Positions 1 to 13,434 of a stretch of 64,000 nucleotides of DNA are shown here, in pieces (position 1 is the first letter of the stretch; each line of letters begins with the position of its first letter). This stretch comes from Eutreptiella sp. 'Long Island Sound 2002' (taxonomy: Eukaryota; Protista; Euglenida). Position numbers and translations under genes: made by a program. The stretch lies in contig OZ038378.1 of NCBI GenBank assembly GCA_964036045.1, forward strand, positions 58,156,001-58,220,000. Direction: 5' to 3'. A model generated the notes under the pieces. The model was given only the letters and a program-made list of their open reading frames with translations. It was not told where the DNA came from and did no database searches.

Positions 1-316
1 AGTAGGTAAGCCAAGTGGCAGGACGATACGTTGTAGGTGCTGGTGACTTGGTTGATGTCGGTGTCAAGGGCTTGTTCTGAATACCTCCTTATCAGATGTG
101 GTGCTGGTGGGGAGGGCTTCTGTTCGGTGTTCAAGTGGCAATGTGAACATGAACAGTCAAATGGACATGGGACACTGAGTAGGAACGATAGTTTCACGAC
201 AGAGGAGTTTACACCTGCCAACTGCCACATGTGCAGAACTGCTAGGGCAGCTCCAACTTGCTTAGGGTAGGGGGGCATCCCATCCCAGACCCCTTACAGG
301 GCGGGGGTGTCTGATA

Positions 317-2237
317 CAAGGGGGGGGTCAAATGCAGTGAGATGGAATGGGGATACAAAAAGGTTGCGGCAAAAATTTCTTTGCTTTGTACGCTAAACAG
401 TGATAGAATGGTACATTTTGTAGCATATGGTCCTGTGTGCATACAGTCTTCTCTTGTGCTTTGTGTGTTTGCTAATTGCACAACAACCTCCCTTGTAAGT
501 TGTTTAGGAAAATCAGGAAACGGCAGACGACAAGTTTTTGAATCACCTCGAAGAGAGGTTGTTAGATCAAGCGCAGGCGCGTGCGTCATATACCCCCTTT
601 TTTGGGGTCATTCGCGTAGCATACCCCAAGGCATGATATTGGATGTCCAACCCCTTGTAAAATCATTATTTTGCCCAATAAGAGCATCCCCCAATGGATT
701 TTTTGATTTTGAGGCCTCTACCCCCTAAAACTGGATATCACTTTTTTGAGGGGGGGGGGTCAAAAGTTTTTGCTTAATAGGCTACCAGCAGTGGGGACGC
801 ACGGCGCTGCTAACACGGCCAGCGGTCCAATGGTAACGCAGCCGATACCAGCTGCGCAGGCGTCGGTTCGAATCCTGCTCCAAATACTTTTAGCGCCGCG
901 GTCGGCGGCGGCTTCAAAGTGGGCGGACTGGGGTTCGAACCGCCGACCCCACGGCTGCTGGTCGGCCGCGTTGCCGCTCGGCCACTACTTGAACTGCGGT
1001 GAAGGGCCTCCCTGCTGCTTGGGGCCGCATCTGCCACTGACAAAAAACCCAAACTGTGTGTATCTGTCTGACTGCCTGCTTGCTGGCCCAGGGACTGATT
1101 GGCTGACTGTCAACCTCTCTTCGAGGTGCACTGCCGAAGGCAATATAATTTTTTTCGGTATTGGATATTGGATGGATTGGCCAAAGGATAGAATTAACAG
1201 CTACCATCCAGAACGCACTGGGAATCAACAGCACAGAACAAAGCCAAAAAAAAAGGTGAACGAAAGAAGAAAGGGGCAACAAGTTCATTGCACACGCATT
1301 TTACCCTAGAGAAAAACTGTGCACAGGCATTTTTTCCCGATATACTACCCCCTGGTAGTGGGTGGAAAAAGGACCCCTAGCCAGAAATTTTCTTTCCACC
1401 CCCCCACCCCCCCCTGCCCCAGACAATCCCACACCCTCACAGCCCCTTGTAGCCATCTGAAACCACCCGCAATTAGAAGCAACACCAGCAGCACCATCCA
1501 CAAGGCACAAGGAATTTACAGTAACCATCCAGAAAGCACCATGAATTATCAGCAACCATCCACAAGTCACCAAGAGTTAATAGTAACTATCCTCACGCCA
1601 CAAGGAATCGACAGCAACCTGAAGCCGTCCACCACAAGTGCACAAGCACAAATTCTGTTCTTCGCACATTGTGTGCAAGAAAAAAGTTCAAACCTCAGCC
1701 GCTGCTCTGTAATGCAGCCTATGCGTGTGCGATACAGCCCCCCGTGCCCCAGACAATCCCACACCCTCAAAGCCCCTTGTGGCTTCAGGTTGCTGTCGAT
1801 TCTTTGTGGTTTCAGAATAGTTACTATTAACTCTTGGTGACTTGTGGATGGTTGGTGATAATTCATGGTGCTTTCTGGATGGTTACCGTAAATTCCTTGT
1901 GCCTTGGTGGTTTCGCTGTTAATTCCCAGTGCGTTCTGGATGGTTGCTGTTAATTCTATCCTTTGGAACAGACAATACCGAAAAAAATTCAAAAACTTGT
2001 CGTCTGCCGTTTCCTGATTTTCCTAAACAACTTACAAGGGAGGTTGTTGTGCAATTTGCAAACACACAAAGCACAAGAGAAGACTGTATGCACACAGGAC
2101 CATATGCTACAAAATGTGATAGACATGGTCCTCTTTCTTATTTACCATTCTATCACTTTTTAGCATACAAAAACAAAGAAATTTTTGCTGTAACCTTTTT
2201 GTCTCCCATTCCATCTCACTGCATTTGACCCCCCCTG
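317..2237. mobile_element. Non-autonomous TIR DNA element (Tc1/mariner-like ends) with ~230-bp TIRs
   Basis: Starts CAAGGGGGGGGTCAAATGCAGTGAGATGGAATGG and ends CCATTCCATCTCACTGCATTTGACCCCCCCTG. TA flanks both sides (315-316, 2238-2239). About 317-545 is the reverse complement of about 1990-2237. Confidence 0.75.
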
Positions 2238-2635
2238 TAGGGTTGGAGCCCGCCCTAGTTCACTCCGGCCCCAGTCTGCGTCAGGACTGTTAAGTCTCAT
2301 GAATGCAATTGGCAATCAGCCCCATGAGCACCAGCAAATTCTTTTTGCACCGGCCGCAATTGTAGGTCGCTGCCTCTCTCCACCGGGGTCTGGTGCTCTG
2401 ACGTCGGTTGAATTTAGTGATGGCAGCTGGCGCTGCAGACTGCAGATTGCTGCTTCACTACAGGGGGAACGTTAGCGCGCCGGGCATCTTTTTGGACCCG
2501 TGCCCCTCTAGTGGCCTTTTAGGGGGTGCGCTAAGGGGGCGCACTTAGCACAGTGCAGCTATTTGGGCGCCTGGCTGTACTAGAGACCCACACTTTGAGA
2601 TACTAGGAGCATCATGGTGACCCCTAGCGTAGGTT

Positions 2636-3280
2636 TTGACTTCTGATTTTGTCTCCTTTGTTGGGGACCCCCGAGAATGCAGGGGTGACGTAGCATTTCC
2701 GCCCTCTTTTGGGCCCCAACCTTCCGGTGCTATTGAGGATGTTTTGATTTGGGATGGGTACGGACCTTCTCGTACCCGAGGTGATTTCTTTGATTTTGAA
2801 GTTGGGGGCCATGATGGCGCTCATAAAGGCCGGATTCATGTCGTTGTGCCATTCATTGGAAGAAAGAATGGCACTTTGACAGCCCGCCAACAAGGTTACA
2901 ATGATGTCCATGGGTGGTACAGGGCACGCATTGAGCAGCTGTTTGCTCGGTTGTGGCATTGGGGTTTGGTTAGGAACATCTGGCGTGGCGGCCCCAATGA
3001 GTTGCACCAGTCAGTCCGCATTTTGTTGCATTTCACTCAGTTTTGCATCCGGAGGCAAGTCCGTCACCCCCCCTACGGACCATGGGAGCATGTCCCGCCT
3101 CAGGTTTGGACTGACCAAAGCAACTCAGCCGCCACGCAAGATGAGGCAGAGGATGAGGCGGAAGTGTGTGTTTTGTGTTGCCAAAGGCGCTCCACCGTCG
3201 CAGTTTGTGATGAGTGTAAGGAGCACTATTGTAATGAATGTATTGACACCCACACTTGTGGGACCAATGTTGTTTGTTAA
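2636..3280 (+). pseudogene. PIF/Harbinger-like transposase (DDE_Tnp_4 nuclease, C-terminal half) with C-terminal Cys/His finger
   Basis: HDGAHKGRIHVVVPF...QQGYNDVHGWYRARIEQLFARL matches the DxxY...PF...yN..h...R..iE..Fg.L signature. It ends CVLCCQRR...CDECKEHYCNECIDTHTC. The upstream frame is broken. Confidence 0.72.
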
Positions 3281-3974
3281 TTACACTACAAATGACAGTT
3301 GGAGTGGTTGAAGTCACAGATATTGCTTTATTTTGCAACGTGCTTTGTAGGGAAGGTGTGCAGTGCAATGTGGTCTACTTGGGGGGCTTCTCCATGAGGG
3401 TAAATCTGGGGCTGAAGTCGGGATAGTTAATAGAAAAGTAGCGCGCCGGGCGCGCGCCGGGCAAACATTCCCCCACAGTTTTGGTGGAGTGGGGTCCAGC
3501 AGTTTCATTCTCCATTGAATCTGTCTGTTGTTTTCAGGCCCATCGTTATTTCAATGTGGAGCCCTGGGTTGGTATGACGCTGTGGTGATCTGTGAAGACT
3601 GGTTGCAGGGTGTTGCCATCCCTGGTTGTCACGCGCGTTGTGCCCTTGAGCACGGCCTTTGAGCATGAACTCCGATGATGAGCTGGACGACGCAGATTTA
3701 CAAGCAGAAATTGAGCTGGACGACGCAGATTTACAGGCAGAAATTGAGCGATTACAGAATGAAGTTGCTGAACCCTATGATGACTTGGATTCTGGGGACA
3801 ACGGATACGAGGACACTCCACTGTCTGTGCTGCAGGTATTAGGGACACTGAAACATCATGCCTTTTGGATGGAGGAGTGCGTCAAGAGATGTGAGATGTG
3901 TGGAGGAGTGTGCAGGAATGTGGGTAGAGATGTCTGTACGGATACGTGAAGGATTGTGTGCCGCAATGTGTGGA

Positions 3975-4165
3975 TAGGGACAGCCCATGGAGGGGTATGA
4001 GGGTTGGGAGTTGGTCCCTGCCAGCGCCGATTACACCCAAGTCCCAGTGTGTGATGGATAAGGACGGCCCATGGAGGGGTGTGGGGGTTGAGTGTCGGTC
4101 CTTTCCAGCGCCGGCTACACCCGAGTCCACACGTGTGGGGGATAGGGACGGCCCATTCGGAGTTG
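3975..4165 (+). repeat. ~84-bp tandem repeat, about 2.4 copies
   Basis: GGATA(G/A)GGAC(A/G)GCCCAT recurs at about 3971, 4055 and 4140. Confidence 0.6.
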
Positions 4166-5154
4166 GTCCCTCCCAGAGCTGGATATGCCCGAGTCTTCAT
4201 GTGTGGATCACATAGCGAGCACAAATGAAGTATCAGGGGCACATGGACCATGAAGGGTTTTATGATTCTCCTAATGGTGGATCCCAGCATTGCTTTTCCC
4301 ACACTTTCACACACATTCATTCGGGCAATCCTCACCATTGTGCAAATGCCCCCGTAGGTTGTGTATTTTGTTATCTCTTCACTCTTGTCATCTTTTTTTT
4401 CTTGGCAGGCAGCTCTGTCGCCAAGGAGCATGTGTTCTGCCCGCAGGTATGAATAAGTCAGAGGGACCATTTTTCCCCTCTGCTTTCTCTTTTTCCGTGC
4501 ATGTTGTCATCTTTGCACTCAATGAAACAACTAGTGGAGTAGGCATCTACCTTTATGTAGGCAATCTGCTCAGCACCACCCCACCAAGACAGATGCTCCA
4601 AGCAACATCATTCGAATTGGATTATGCCATGGCAAGGCTTCTGGGCTTTGGGCAATGTAACCCATGGTTTTGTACGGGATTTCTCCATGGGGGGACAACA
4701 TGGTGGGATAATACCCCATACCTCACGTAGAAACTCTCAAAATTTGTCCCAACAAGGAACCTTGCGAGCGTCATTAACCAATTGTCCATTGGTCAGCACA
4801 CTTTGGGCTTGCAGCCAAGTTGTCGGTAGGGCTCCTAAGTGAGCGCTCTAGTCATGGATGTGCTGTTATGAAAATGCACGCTGTTCACCAATAAGTATGG
4901 TCAAACATATGTTAACACCATTTTCACCAAAAAAGGCTTTCTCAAAGTCAAGCACATGTTCAATGTAGAAGGGCAGGTTTCAAATGCGTTTCTCAAATTG
5001 TTGCCGCCAACCTGGCGTGTTGGTAATTCAAAGGGCACCCAAGGGTAACAAAAGCCACCAGTCAATGACTGGTCGATACCGTTAGTGCAAGGGGGTCCTT
5101 TAGGAACCACCTTTTTTTTGTTAAGCACCGCCGTTAATGACCACTGTGAGGGAC

Positions 5155-5380
5155 CACTAACCGCCAACCACCAACTGCCACCAACTGCCAACTGCCACGT
5201 GCCAGCAGGAACCAACCACCAACCGCCAACCACTGCCAACCGCTACCAATCACCAATCACCAACCACCAACCACCAACCACCAACCACCAACCACCAACC
5301 GCCACCTACCGCCACCAACCGCCAACCACCAATCGCCAACCGCCACCAACCGCCTACTGCCAATCGCCACCAACCATGGT
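5155..5380 (+). repeat. Low-complexity ACCAACC(G/A)CC minisatellite
   Basis: Degenerate CCAACCACC/CCAACCGCC/CCAACTGCC repeats are directly visible. Confidence 0.85.
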
Positions 5381-5817
5381 TGAACATATGAGCTACACGC
5401 GGTCTTTTTGCAAATCTGCTGTTTTGGGAACACTTTTTTTTTCTCATTAAGGACCCCCCTGCACTAGTATGGGCCAACGCGTGGGCCAAGTCGGAGTCTT
5501 GACCCTCATTACACTTTGTCCCAAAGATGCCCCAAACCCAAGCTAGATAAAGACATTTGGGCCCTCTTCGGGATGGCCAAGCTGCCCCTGTCTCTGCGGG
5601 ACCTGGTCTATCAATTTATCTGGGAAAGGTTGCAAATACAAAGCCAATTCCTTTGGCTCCAAACCAAGCAACGCTTGCTATGGGCAGGACACTAGCCGGC
5701 GCAACAAGCACTTAGTGGTGGTCTCTATTTCAAGCAACTTTAAGCCTCCATACATGCATGTTTTGGCGATTGGCGAGTTTCAGGATTGAAAAGGAACTAG
5801 ATGTGCCTCCGAATTCG

Positions 5818-8050
5818 CCTAATGGTCTATGTGGATGAAAATTCGACTATTGTCGCATGTCGCAGAGCGACCACATTTGCAACACATGCCACTAGTGGTG
5901 ACAGTGCCATGCATGGCACCGCATTCCAGTGCAATGCTCTTGTGTCCAGTTTGTATATCGCAGTGCAGTGCAGTGCAGTGCAGTATGGCTGTTGTGTGCG
6001 AGTGTGTGCAGTGCAGCGCAGTGCAGTGCAATGCAATGTGTTGTGTACCAATGTGCACAATGTAGTGCAGTGCATGTAACACAGTAGGGCTGTTATGTGC
6101 CACACCTTTTTATTTGTGTTTTCATTTGACGACTATTTGCGTCATTGATCTTCATCACCCTCAGTTTTCGTGTACATAAGAGCAAACCATATTGTGAATG
6201 CTAGGGTTGGGGTCATGGTTAGTGAATACGGTAGTATGCTGCGAGAACGTAGCCTTAGTTTGCGCAGTGTTGTTACCCATGCGAGCCACGCTACGCACTA
6301 GCGGACACACAACGGTTGATTAGGCAAGGTTTTGCCTATTGTGTAACAATGGACAAGTTTGGACCCCATTACTATAGGAGAATAATCTCCGGCATCTCAA
6401 TAATTTGTTCTGTTGCTTCCATCGGTGTCTTCTGTCTCCGTTTCTGTTGGTTTCTTTGTTACCCTCGTGCTTGCTGTGTGCTTGATGTAGCATAGACAGT
6501 GCATCCGGGCGAGGTATTAACAAATATTTCTTCGTTGCGTTCAACATTCAGCACCCTAAAATTCTTTCGTGTCAAAGCTGGCGTCTAAACCTCAGATATG
6601 CTCGTACCACCATAGTACCATTGTATGTATGAAATTCACCCATGTTCTGTGCACTTTTCTGCTCCGGGTGCGCATTTTTGTGCATGTGATGGCTTTGGCA
6701 ATTGAACGACTTTGATTGAGTGTTCCATTCTATAGTGTTGTTATGTCCATTTTTTGTAAGAAGAATTGTGGGTAAATAGAGGGGTTGTATGCGGAAGATT
6801 GAAGGTGCAACAAACCAGGAGGATGCTGCCCTAAAGAATGGCCCATACAAGGCACCAAACTCGCTCAAATGACTCTTGACAGGTTATTCGTATGTAAATG
6901 AGCTTTTGCTCAACAAGCTGGTGTCACAGGGGTACTCCTTGTTTATGGTAGTATCATTTCAAAGCGTTATTTATATGATGCAGTGTTGGAGGGTGCAAGT
7001 GGCAGAGGCACGGGTGATGTATTCTTTACTCCACTATGAAACTTTTTGAACTAAGTAGGCAAAAATTCGCCTACCTAATGATTAGGCCAAAATTCGACGA
7101 TCCCATATCGGCAAAAATTCGCCTAGGTGTTTCATGAAGTTGCGTGGAAATTTATTCATTTAATTTATTTCTTCAAGAAACCCATTGTCGATCATGTCCA
7201 AACATTCGACGGTTAGACCTATGGTTGAATTTGGGACTGTGGTTGTACAAGCTCCTGTGAGCTTCACATGCAAACTAGCGGACCAAATTGACACAACTGA
7301 CAGATAGAATCAAGGACCAAGCGACTGACAAGGTGCATCCTGGGTCTTTGCAAGCTTTACTATGGTTTGGCCGTATGATGGTGCACTGTGTGACATAGGG
7401 AGCGGGTTCCATTCCCGCCGCACGCAAGGTCTGCTACGGTCTGCCCGGCACATCCTGTTGAGATTATTCTATTGTAGTGATGGGGTCCAAACTCGTCCAT
7501 TGTTACCCAATAGGCAAATTTTCGCCTGAACAACTGTCGTGTGTCCGCTAGTGTGTAGCGTGACACACATGGGTAACAACGCAGGGCAAACTAAGGCTAC
7601 TTTCCGGCAGCATACTACTATATTTAGTAGCCATAACCATAACCCTAACATGCAACATACGGTTTGTTCTTATGTACATGAAAAGTGAGGGTGATGAAGA
7701 CGAATGATGCAAATGGTCCTGACATGTAACTACAAATGGAAAAAGGTGTGGTACACAACAACCGTACTGCACTACACTGCACTACGTTGTGCACAGTGGT
7801 ACACAACAACCACACCGCTTTGCACTGCACCGCATTGCATTGTACACACTGGTACACAGCTGGTACACAGCAGCCACACTGCACTACAGCGCACTGCATT
7901 GCACTATCCACGCTGGTGCACACTCACACTTCTGTGCAGTGCAGTGCATTGCACTGTGGCCATTAGTTGCATGTGTAGCAACTATTCCTTCACTCCAAAC
8001 ACCCCATTATGCGACAGTAGTCCACTTTTTCGTCTATACCCCCCATTAGG
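5818..8050. mobile_element. Foldback-type element with ~500-bp inverted arms containing (CAGTG)n
   Basis: About 5818-6318 is an imperfect reverse complement of about 7531-8050; the ORF-track translations mirror each other. Termini and TSD are unresolved. Confidence 0.6.
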
Positions 8051-8626
8051 CCAATTTTCACCCATTTGGCGGTAATCACTACATAATTCCTCGTGCTCCA
8101 CACAAAGTAGGCGAATTTTCACCTAATTTTGGCCATAAGGCAAAATTTTGAATAAATGTGTTGATTGAAATTTCACCTATTTAGTTCAAAAAGTTTTGCA
8201 GGGGAGTAAAGAATGCATTGCCCATACCTCTGCCACCTGCGCCCTCCGACACTACATCATACACACAACACGTTCGGATGTTATTACCATCGGCAAGGGA
8301 AAACCCTCTGACAGCACATTGTTCGCAAAAGCTCATTTACATACCAAGACGTTGTAAACAGTCATTTCGCCGGTTTTGGTGCCTTGCATGGTCTATTTTT
8401 CGAGGCGGCCTCCTCCATGTTTCCTGCACCTTCGGCTCTCCTTGTGTAACCCCCCCCGTTTTTTGTACATCGGTTGATGGTATGAATATGCTAAATCAAC
8501 ATTTCACCAAAAAATTTTTTTTGGTAGGAGACACTTTGGGCCACCTAAGATATTGGGTTTTTTAGCCCGTGCTAAGGGCAGCTTTTGGGCCTCGTTCGCC
8601 TACCATTTTTTGTGCGATTTGGTTCC

Positions 8627-8810
8627 TCAAGCCGGGTCACACAATAGAGGTTCAAGCAGGTTCACACAATGGAGATCCAAGCCGGTTCACACAATGGAGA
8701 TCCACGGCGGTTCACACAATGGGGGTTCAAGCCGGTTCCCACAATGGAGATCCAAGCCGTTTCACACAATGGAGATCCAAGCCGGTTCGCACAATGTAGA
8801 CCCAAGCGGA
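8627..8810 (+). repeat. 25-bp minisatellite, about 7 copies
   Basis: Unit CAAGCCGGTTCACACAATGGAGATC. Confidence 0.85.
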
Positions 8811-11559
8811 GCGCTTCATTGTAAATGGGGTGACAAAGACCTTAGTAAAATGAAGCCAAAAGGTAACAATGCACCACAGGCAACAACGACAATGCTTGCA
8901 CAAAATGTCAACAACCGGTAAGCCTTTCTTTTCAATGAGAAGTTATGTAGGTTAGAAGCAATGACACTTCCAATGCCGATTTCGGCTATTTACCACCAAG
9001 AGATCATGTAGGACACTCTTGGAGGTCTGTCCTCTCAAATAAGCTGGGTTACCCGCCCACCGTGCCAGGAGGCCGTTTCGCCTGTCCGCTTTGCACCGAG
9101 CGGTAGGTCCTCCTCCGGTTGGAGGATAATCAAACCTGTGGAGTTGTTCCCCCATTGCCACGGTTTTGCATAAGGGCACGGGGATCTATGGCCCTTCGGC
9201 TCATGGGTGAAGTACCTCCTCTTCCCCCCAAAATTGGTGCAAGGGAGCAACTGCTCCTTGCCGTCGACCTTCATTGTCCAGGGGGATGCCTACCTGAGGT
9301 TGGAGGCCATTGGTCCCTGCTCACCATCTCTTTGGCCACTCCGCCTGCTCCCCCCTGCCAACGTGGGAGACGCTTTTGAATACCACCTACCAATTGAGGG
9401 GGGCACACTGTTCGAATTCCAGACCCCCCCGTCACACACACACACACACACACACACCCTCACGCCCCAGACACCCCAAAGTTTTTTGAACCCGTCTTTC
9501 TCCAAATTGAGATTTCGGGGGAAAGTGTTGGGGCCGAAGTCACCGAAAAAAATTTTGGCCTCTTGATGGGTTTTTTTGTTTGTACCCGACGTGTCTATAC
9601 TCACAAATACTCAGAATTTGGTGGAGAATTCACAAATGGGTGAAAAAAAAAACCAACAAATTTTTGATCGCCAACCTGACCTCCTGGTTGGACATTGGCT
9701 GATGGGAGCCTGAGCTCAAGGGAAATTTTTTTCCGAAAAATCTTTTACGCCAGTTGTGTATGTTCTTAATGATCAGTGTGTCATGGGGATTATTTGGAGG
9801 TATGTATGTTGGGGTACCCACGGACCCCGCTTGGGAGCCCGCCGCTTGACGAGCTAACCCCCCCCCCCCCTCCAAACCCCCAAAAGTTTTGGCACCCGTT
9901 TGGTGTCTGCAATTCGAACAGGCCGCCCCCGTTGCTAGCAAGTCATTTTTCCTTGCAGTGTCACCGTTCTAGAAGTGCTATGGTTACCACCGACAAAACG
10001 GTTCAAAGATTCATCTATTGCTGCCTACTCATGTCCATCAAAACATATCCGTGGTTCTGTACCTTTGCAATGGCAAGGTTCAAGGGGGGGTAAGCAATGA
10101 TGATGCCACGGTGATCATCGGCGAGGATCAATTTGGGACAAGACGTGTCATTAGAGTGTTCACAAGTGGGCTCCATGTTCAATGAGGGCATAGGAAACTC
10201 CAACAACAAGTGAATGCGAGGGCCGCTAACAAATGAGAACCATCTATGGGATTTCCGCGCACTACAATGCCTTCATTCACGGGACCTCCTCTGTATTGCT
10301 GGTGGCCTGCACTATGGCAACACTTGTGCTCATCCCAAGGAATTGTGTGGTCATGTGCATGTTGCACTAACCCATGGCCATGGGGCGCTTGTTGGGGGGT
10401 TTGTTGAAGGGGACACATAGTCGCTCGACACATGCGACCATAGTCACTTGTAAGTCCGCGAAATGCAGTAGTGGTTGGAGTCCCTTGGGAATGATGTCTC
10501 TGGATGGCCCAAGATTTTTTCAAGCACGGCCGTAGATTGGGCTCCGGCAACATGTAGGACCGAACTCATCCAGGCTGGGCCATTGCAAACAATTGGGCCC
10601 TGCTACAATTCGTTGATCAAACATACCAGCGGGCGGACCCCCCAAGGTTTGCGGAAGTGGCCGGTAAATTGCTGCACGTTTGCACTCAAGGCCCGGCCTC
10701 TTAGTACCTGTTGAGTGTGGAGAGGCGTATGGATGCAATGGTGGGGGACATTGCACCTCTCAACTAAACCATGTTTTGCAACCATGTTTCTGAGAGCATC
10801 AACTGGTTTCCAAAGTACATGGCCATAATCATAATAGCAACCAGGGCTTGGTGTGTGTGTGTGTTTGTGTGTGTATGTGTGTGTGTGCTGCTCCTCCTCG
10901 CGAAGGGAATGGATGTTTTCTTTGGCCGCAGAGTGATAGTCATGAAGCGGGGGGCAGCAGTTCAAGCCCAGTGGATTTAGCGCTTCACATGTTTTGGCAT
11001 CCATTGCCTTCTAATTCATTGCGCACGCGATGTTCACTTTGTGAAGGCTATTGCAAATGCAATTCCAGCTACGTGCACCAGGAAGCGGTATGTATGCATG
11101 TTCTGAAGTGATGTACAAGTGATCTATTGCAGCTGCTTGGTTTTCATCTAGATTTGATTGTGTCCCGCTGGACCCGATTCAACTAGACAGCATGTCCAAC
11201 ACTTCGACTAGATTACTTCAAAACCCGGTTCCATCTATGTCCACATGTCGTGAAGATCAATATGGCAGGGGGAAACCCGTGTGGAGTGAGGGTGGTGTGG
11301 AGGAACAACACTAGGGGAATACACCGGGTGGCACCGGGGGAGCGAGCTGTGTAGCAAAGGAAACCTGCAATTTGGTTGCAAGCACTAGCAATTTTGTAAC
11401 GGGTGCAAAATTGGGACCAAAAGCGCACCGTTGCGGGTTTGGACCCAGGCTGTCGTGGCATGTTTAGGCGGAAAACAACAAGAGGAGCAATGGTGTTAGA
11501 AGTGCAACCGCCCACCCTCCTGATGAGCCCTCAGGGAGAGTCCGGCTTCTAGTTGGACG

Positions 11560-12895
11560 CCGCCACAGACTGCCATCCTTGAGTTGTACCATTGCCTTTG
11601 GCAAGTGCTTCTACCCCCCTCCCTGCACCGCCCAATTGCTATCCATAGCTGCCAACTCCACCAACTCAGTCCAAGCGGCCAAGGATCCGTGGCACTCGTT
11701 CCCCGACATCTACAAACCTTCCCTTCCCCTCCACTTTGGACTACCTCCCCACCTTGGTCGGGCCTGGGTATGAGTCCTTGGTGTCCGTCGCGGCCCCTCT
11801 GCCCCCCTTACCCCGTCCATTCGATCAATTTTTTTGCGCAAGCCCACCTAGACGACCCCCGGTGGACCGCTGCCTTTAACATAGCCCCCTCCTCCTCCTT
11901 CCCCATCAAGGGGTACCAAGATTTGCAACACATCATCTCCACCGACACATTGCATGCCGTGATAACCCGCCTATATAGCCGCTAATCACCCGCGCACAAA
12001 TCTAGGAGCTAGTGCTCTTCACCAAGCGGCTCTGGCCACGTGCACCACAACGGACCTCGGCTCGTTGCACCTAGGTTCCGCCACTCGCCCGTACGTCCCA
12101 ACTCCCCATGTTCACTAACACTTTTATTGCCCCGGCTACAGTCGCCCCCCCCCCCCCCCCGAGCGCACGGGCCCCCATCCCCTCAACTTGTAGGCCCCAC
12201 CGCGGTCCCTATTTCGCTCCCGTTGGGACTCCATCTCCCGCCCTCAAAGTTGGCTGGGTCTCTGGGCATAGGCAGGGCGCCCACCCCTCCGTGGCTCACT
12301 CACACACCCACAATCTTCCAACGGTTTTCTACGTGACGGATGCCAAAATGCACAGTTGTGGACCCGGTTATGCCCACGTCATGGCAAGGAAGCTGAGTTG
12401 CGCTCACTGTAGGGGCCGTGCTGCTCCCTTGGGGCACCCTACACAACGCGAAGGCCGTGGCACTCCGCCGAAGAGGGCCACTAGCGCCTAGCAGGAGGGG
12501 GACAATCATCCGTGCAGGGCTGCGGTCAAGGCCGTAACACGCTCCAAGAGAATGTTGTGGCTGCTTGCCGTCGGTATCTAGACGTGCAACACCACTAAGT
12601 CGCGGGCAAAAGTTGTTGGGGAAACATTTTCAAAATATGCTGGCAGGGTTTTGAGAAAAATGTGTGTGTTCACTAGGCGGCCTGCTTGGTATAGTTGTGG
12701 CGAGTTGAAGAGGTTCTGCGGCCATTGTGCGGCCGCAGGCACTACCCACAATTACCTCGTTTGCGGCAATCTTTTGAGGAGGCAATTTGGGGTCTACCAC
12801 ATTTATTACTTTGCAAGGAAGTGGAGAGCCCTGTAAAAGTTCTCCTACTTCACAATGCTTGGGCGTCACAAGTTGCCCACCCTCTAGGACCCGGT
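11560..12895 (+). mobile_element. Highly decayed non-LTR retrotransposon remnant with possible RNase H-like segment
   Basis: Fragmented frames include PTVFYVTDAK (RNase H-like first acidic motif). There is weak peptide similarity to 49400-51000, with many stops and frameshifts. Confidence 0.3.
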
Positions 12896-13063
12896 ATACG
12901 CGCGATGTGACAATATTCTACATTTCTACTTTGAGTATGCTATTTGACATATGTGACCAAAGTTGTTGGCAGAGCTGTGTGACACCCGTTGAAATACGTG
13001 TTGATGTGTTAGCCTTGTGTATCCACTTCTTCTACTGTGTTGTGTTTGACGTTTTTTTGAAGC

Positions 13064-13362
13064 TGGCCGAAACTGAGGCCAGCTTTTGGGTAATATTGCA
13101 AACAACTATGTGTATATGCAGTTTTCCACCCTTCTGGCCAAAATTTCGGCCAGCTTTTTGGTTTCCTAGTGAATAGGCATTTTTATTTTCATTTTTCTTA
13201 GGGCTGGCCGAAATTTCGGCCAGCTTTTTGGTCTGTTCACTATTCAAGCACTTCTTTTCCGGTTTTTGGTCGGTCTGGCCAAAATTTCGGCCAGTTTTTC
13301 CCATTTTTGAACATTTAAGCAATTATTTCCCCTTCAAACAGACCTGGCCGAAATTTCGGCCA
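13064..13362. repeat. Array of five 18-bp palindromes TGGCCGAAATTTCGGCCA with unique ~52-bp spacers
   Basis: Copies start at 13064, 13135, 13205, 13276 and 13345 (periods 71, 70, 71, 69). Confidence 0.92.
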
Positions 13363-13434
13363 GCTTGCAATTGTCATTGTTCATGAGTATTACAGCTTAC
13401 ACTCCTACATAACTGTTTTCTTGTCTCAGCATTA

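Noticed and set aside
925-950. GGGGTTCGAACC resembling a tRNA T-arm
   Set aside because: No 5-bp T-stem, acceptor stem or anticodon arm forms on either strand.
11213-11515. Minus-strand ORF with PHGFPP resembling a PLE thumb motif
   Set aside because: No other RT motifs, and the neighbouring retroelement-like fragments are on the opposite strand.
11519-11560. CTGATGAGCCCTCAGGG, hammerhead-like core
   Set aside because: Lacks GAAA, a valid NUH site and stem I.
13064-13362. Calling the palindrome array a true CRISPR
   Set aside because: Eukaryotic context, 18-bp repeats, no cas genes and dispersed copies elsewhere in the element; reported as a repeat and a finding instead.
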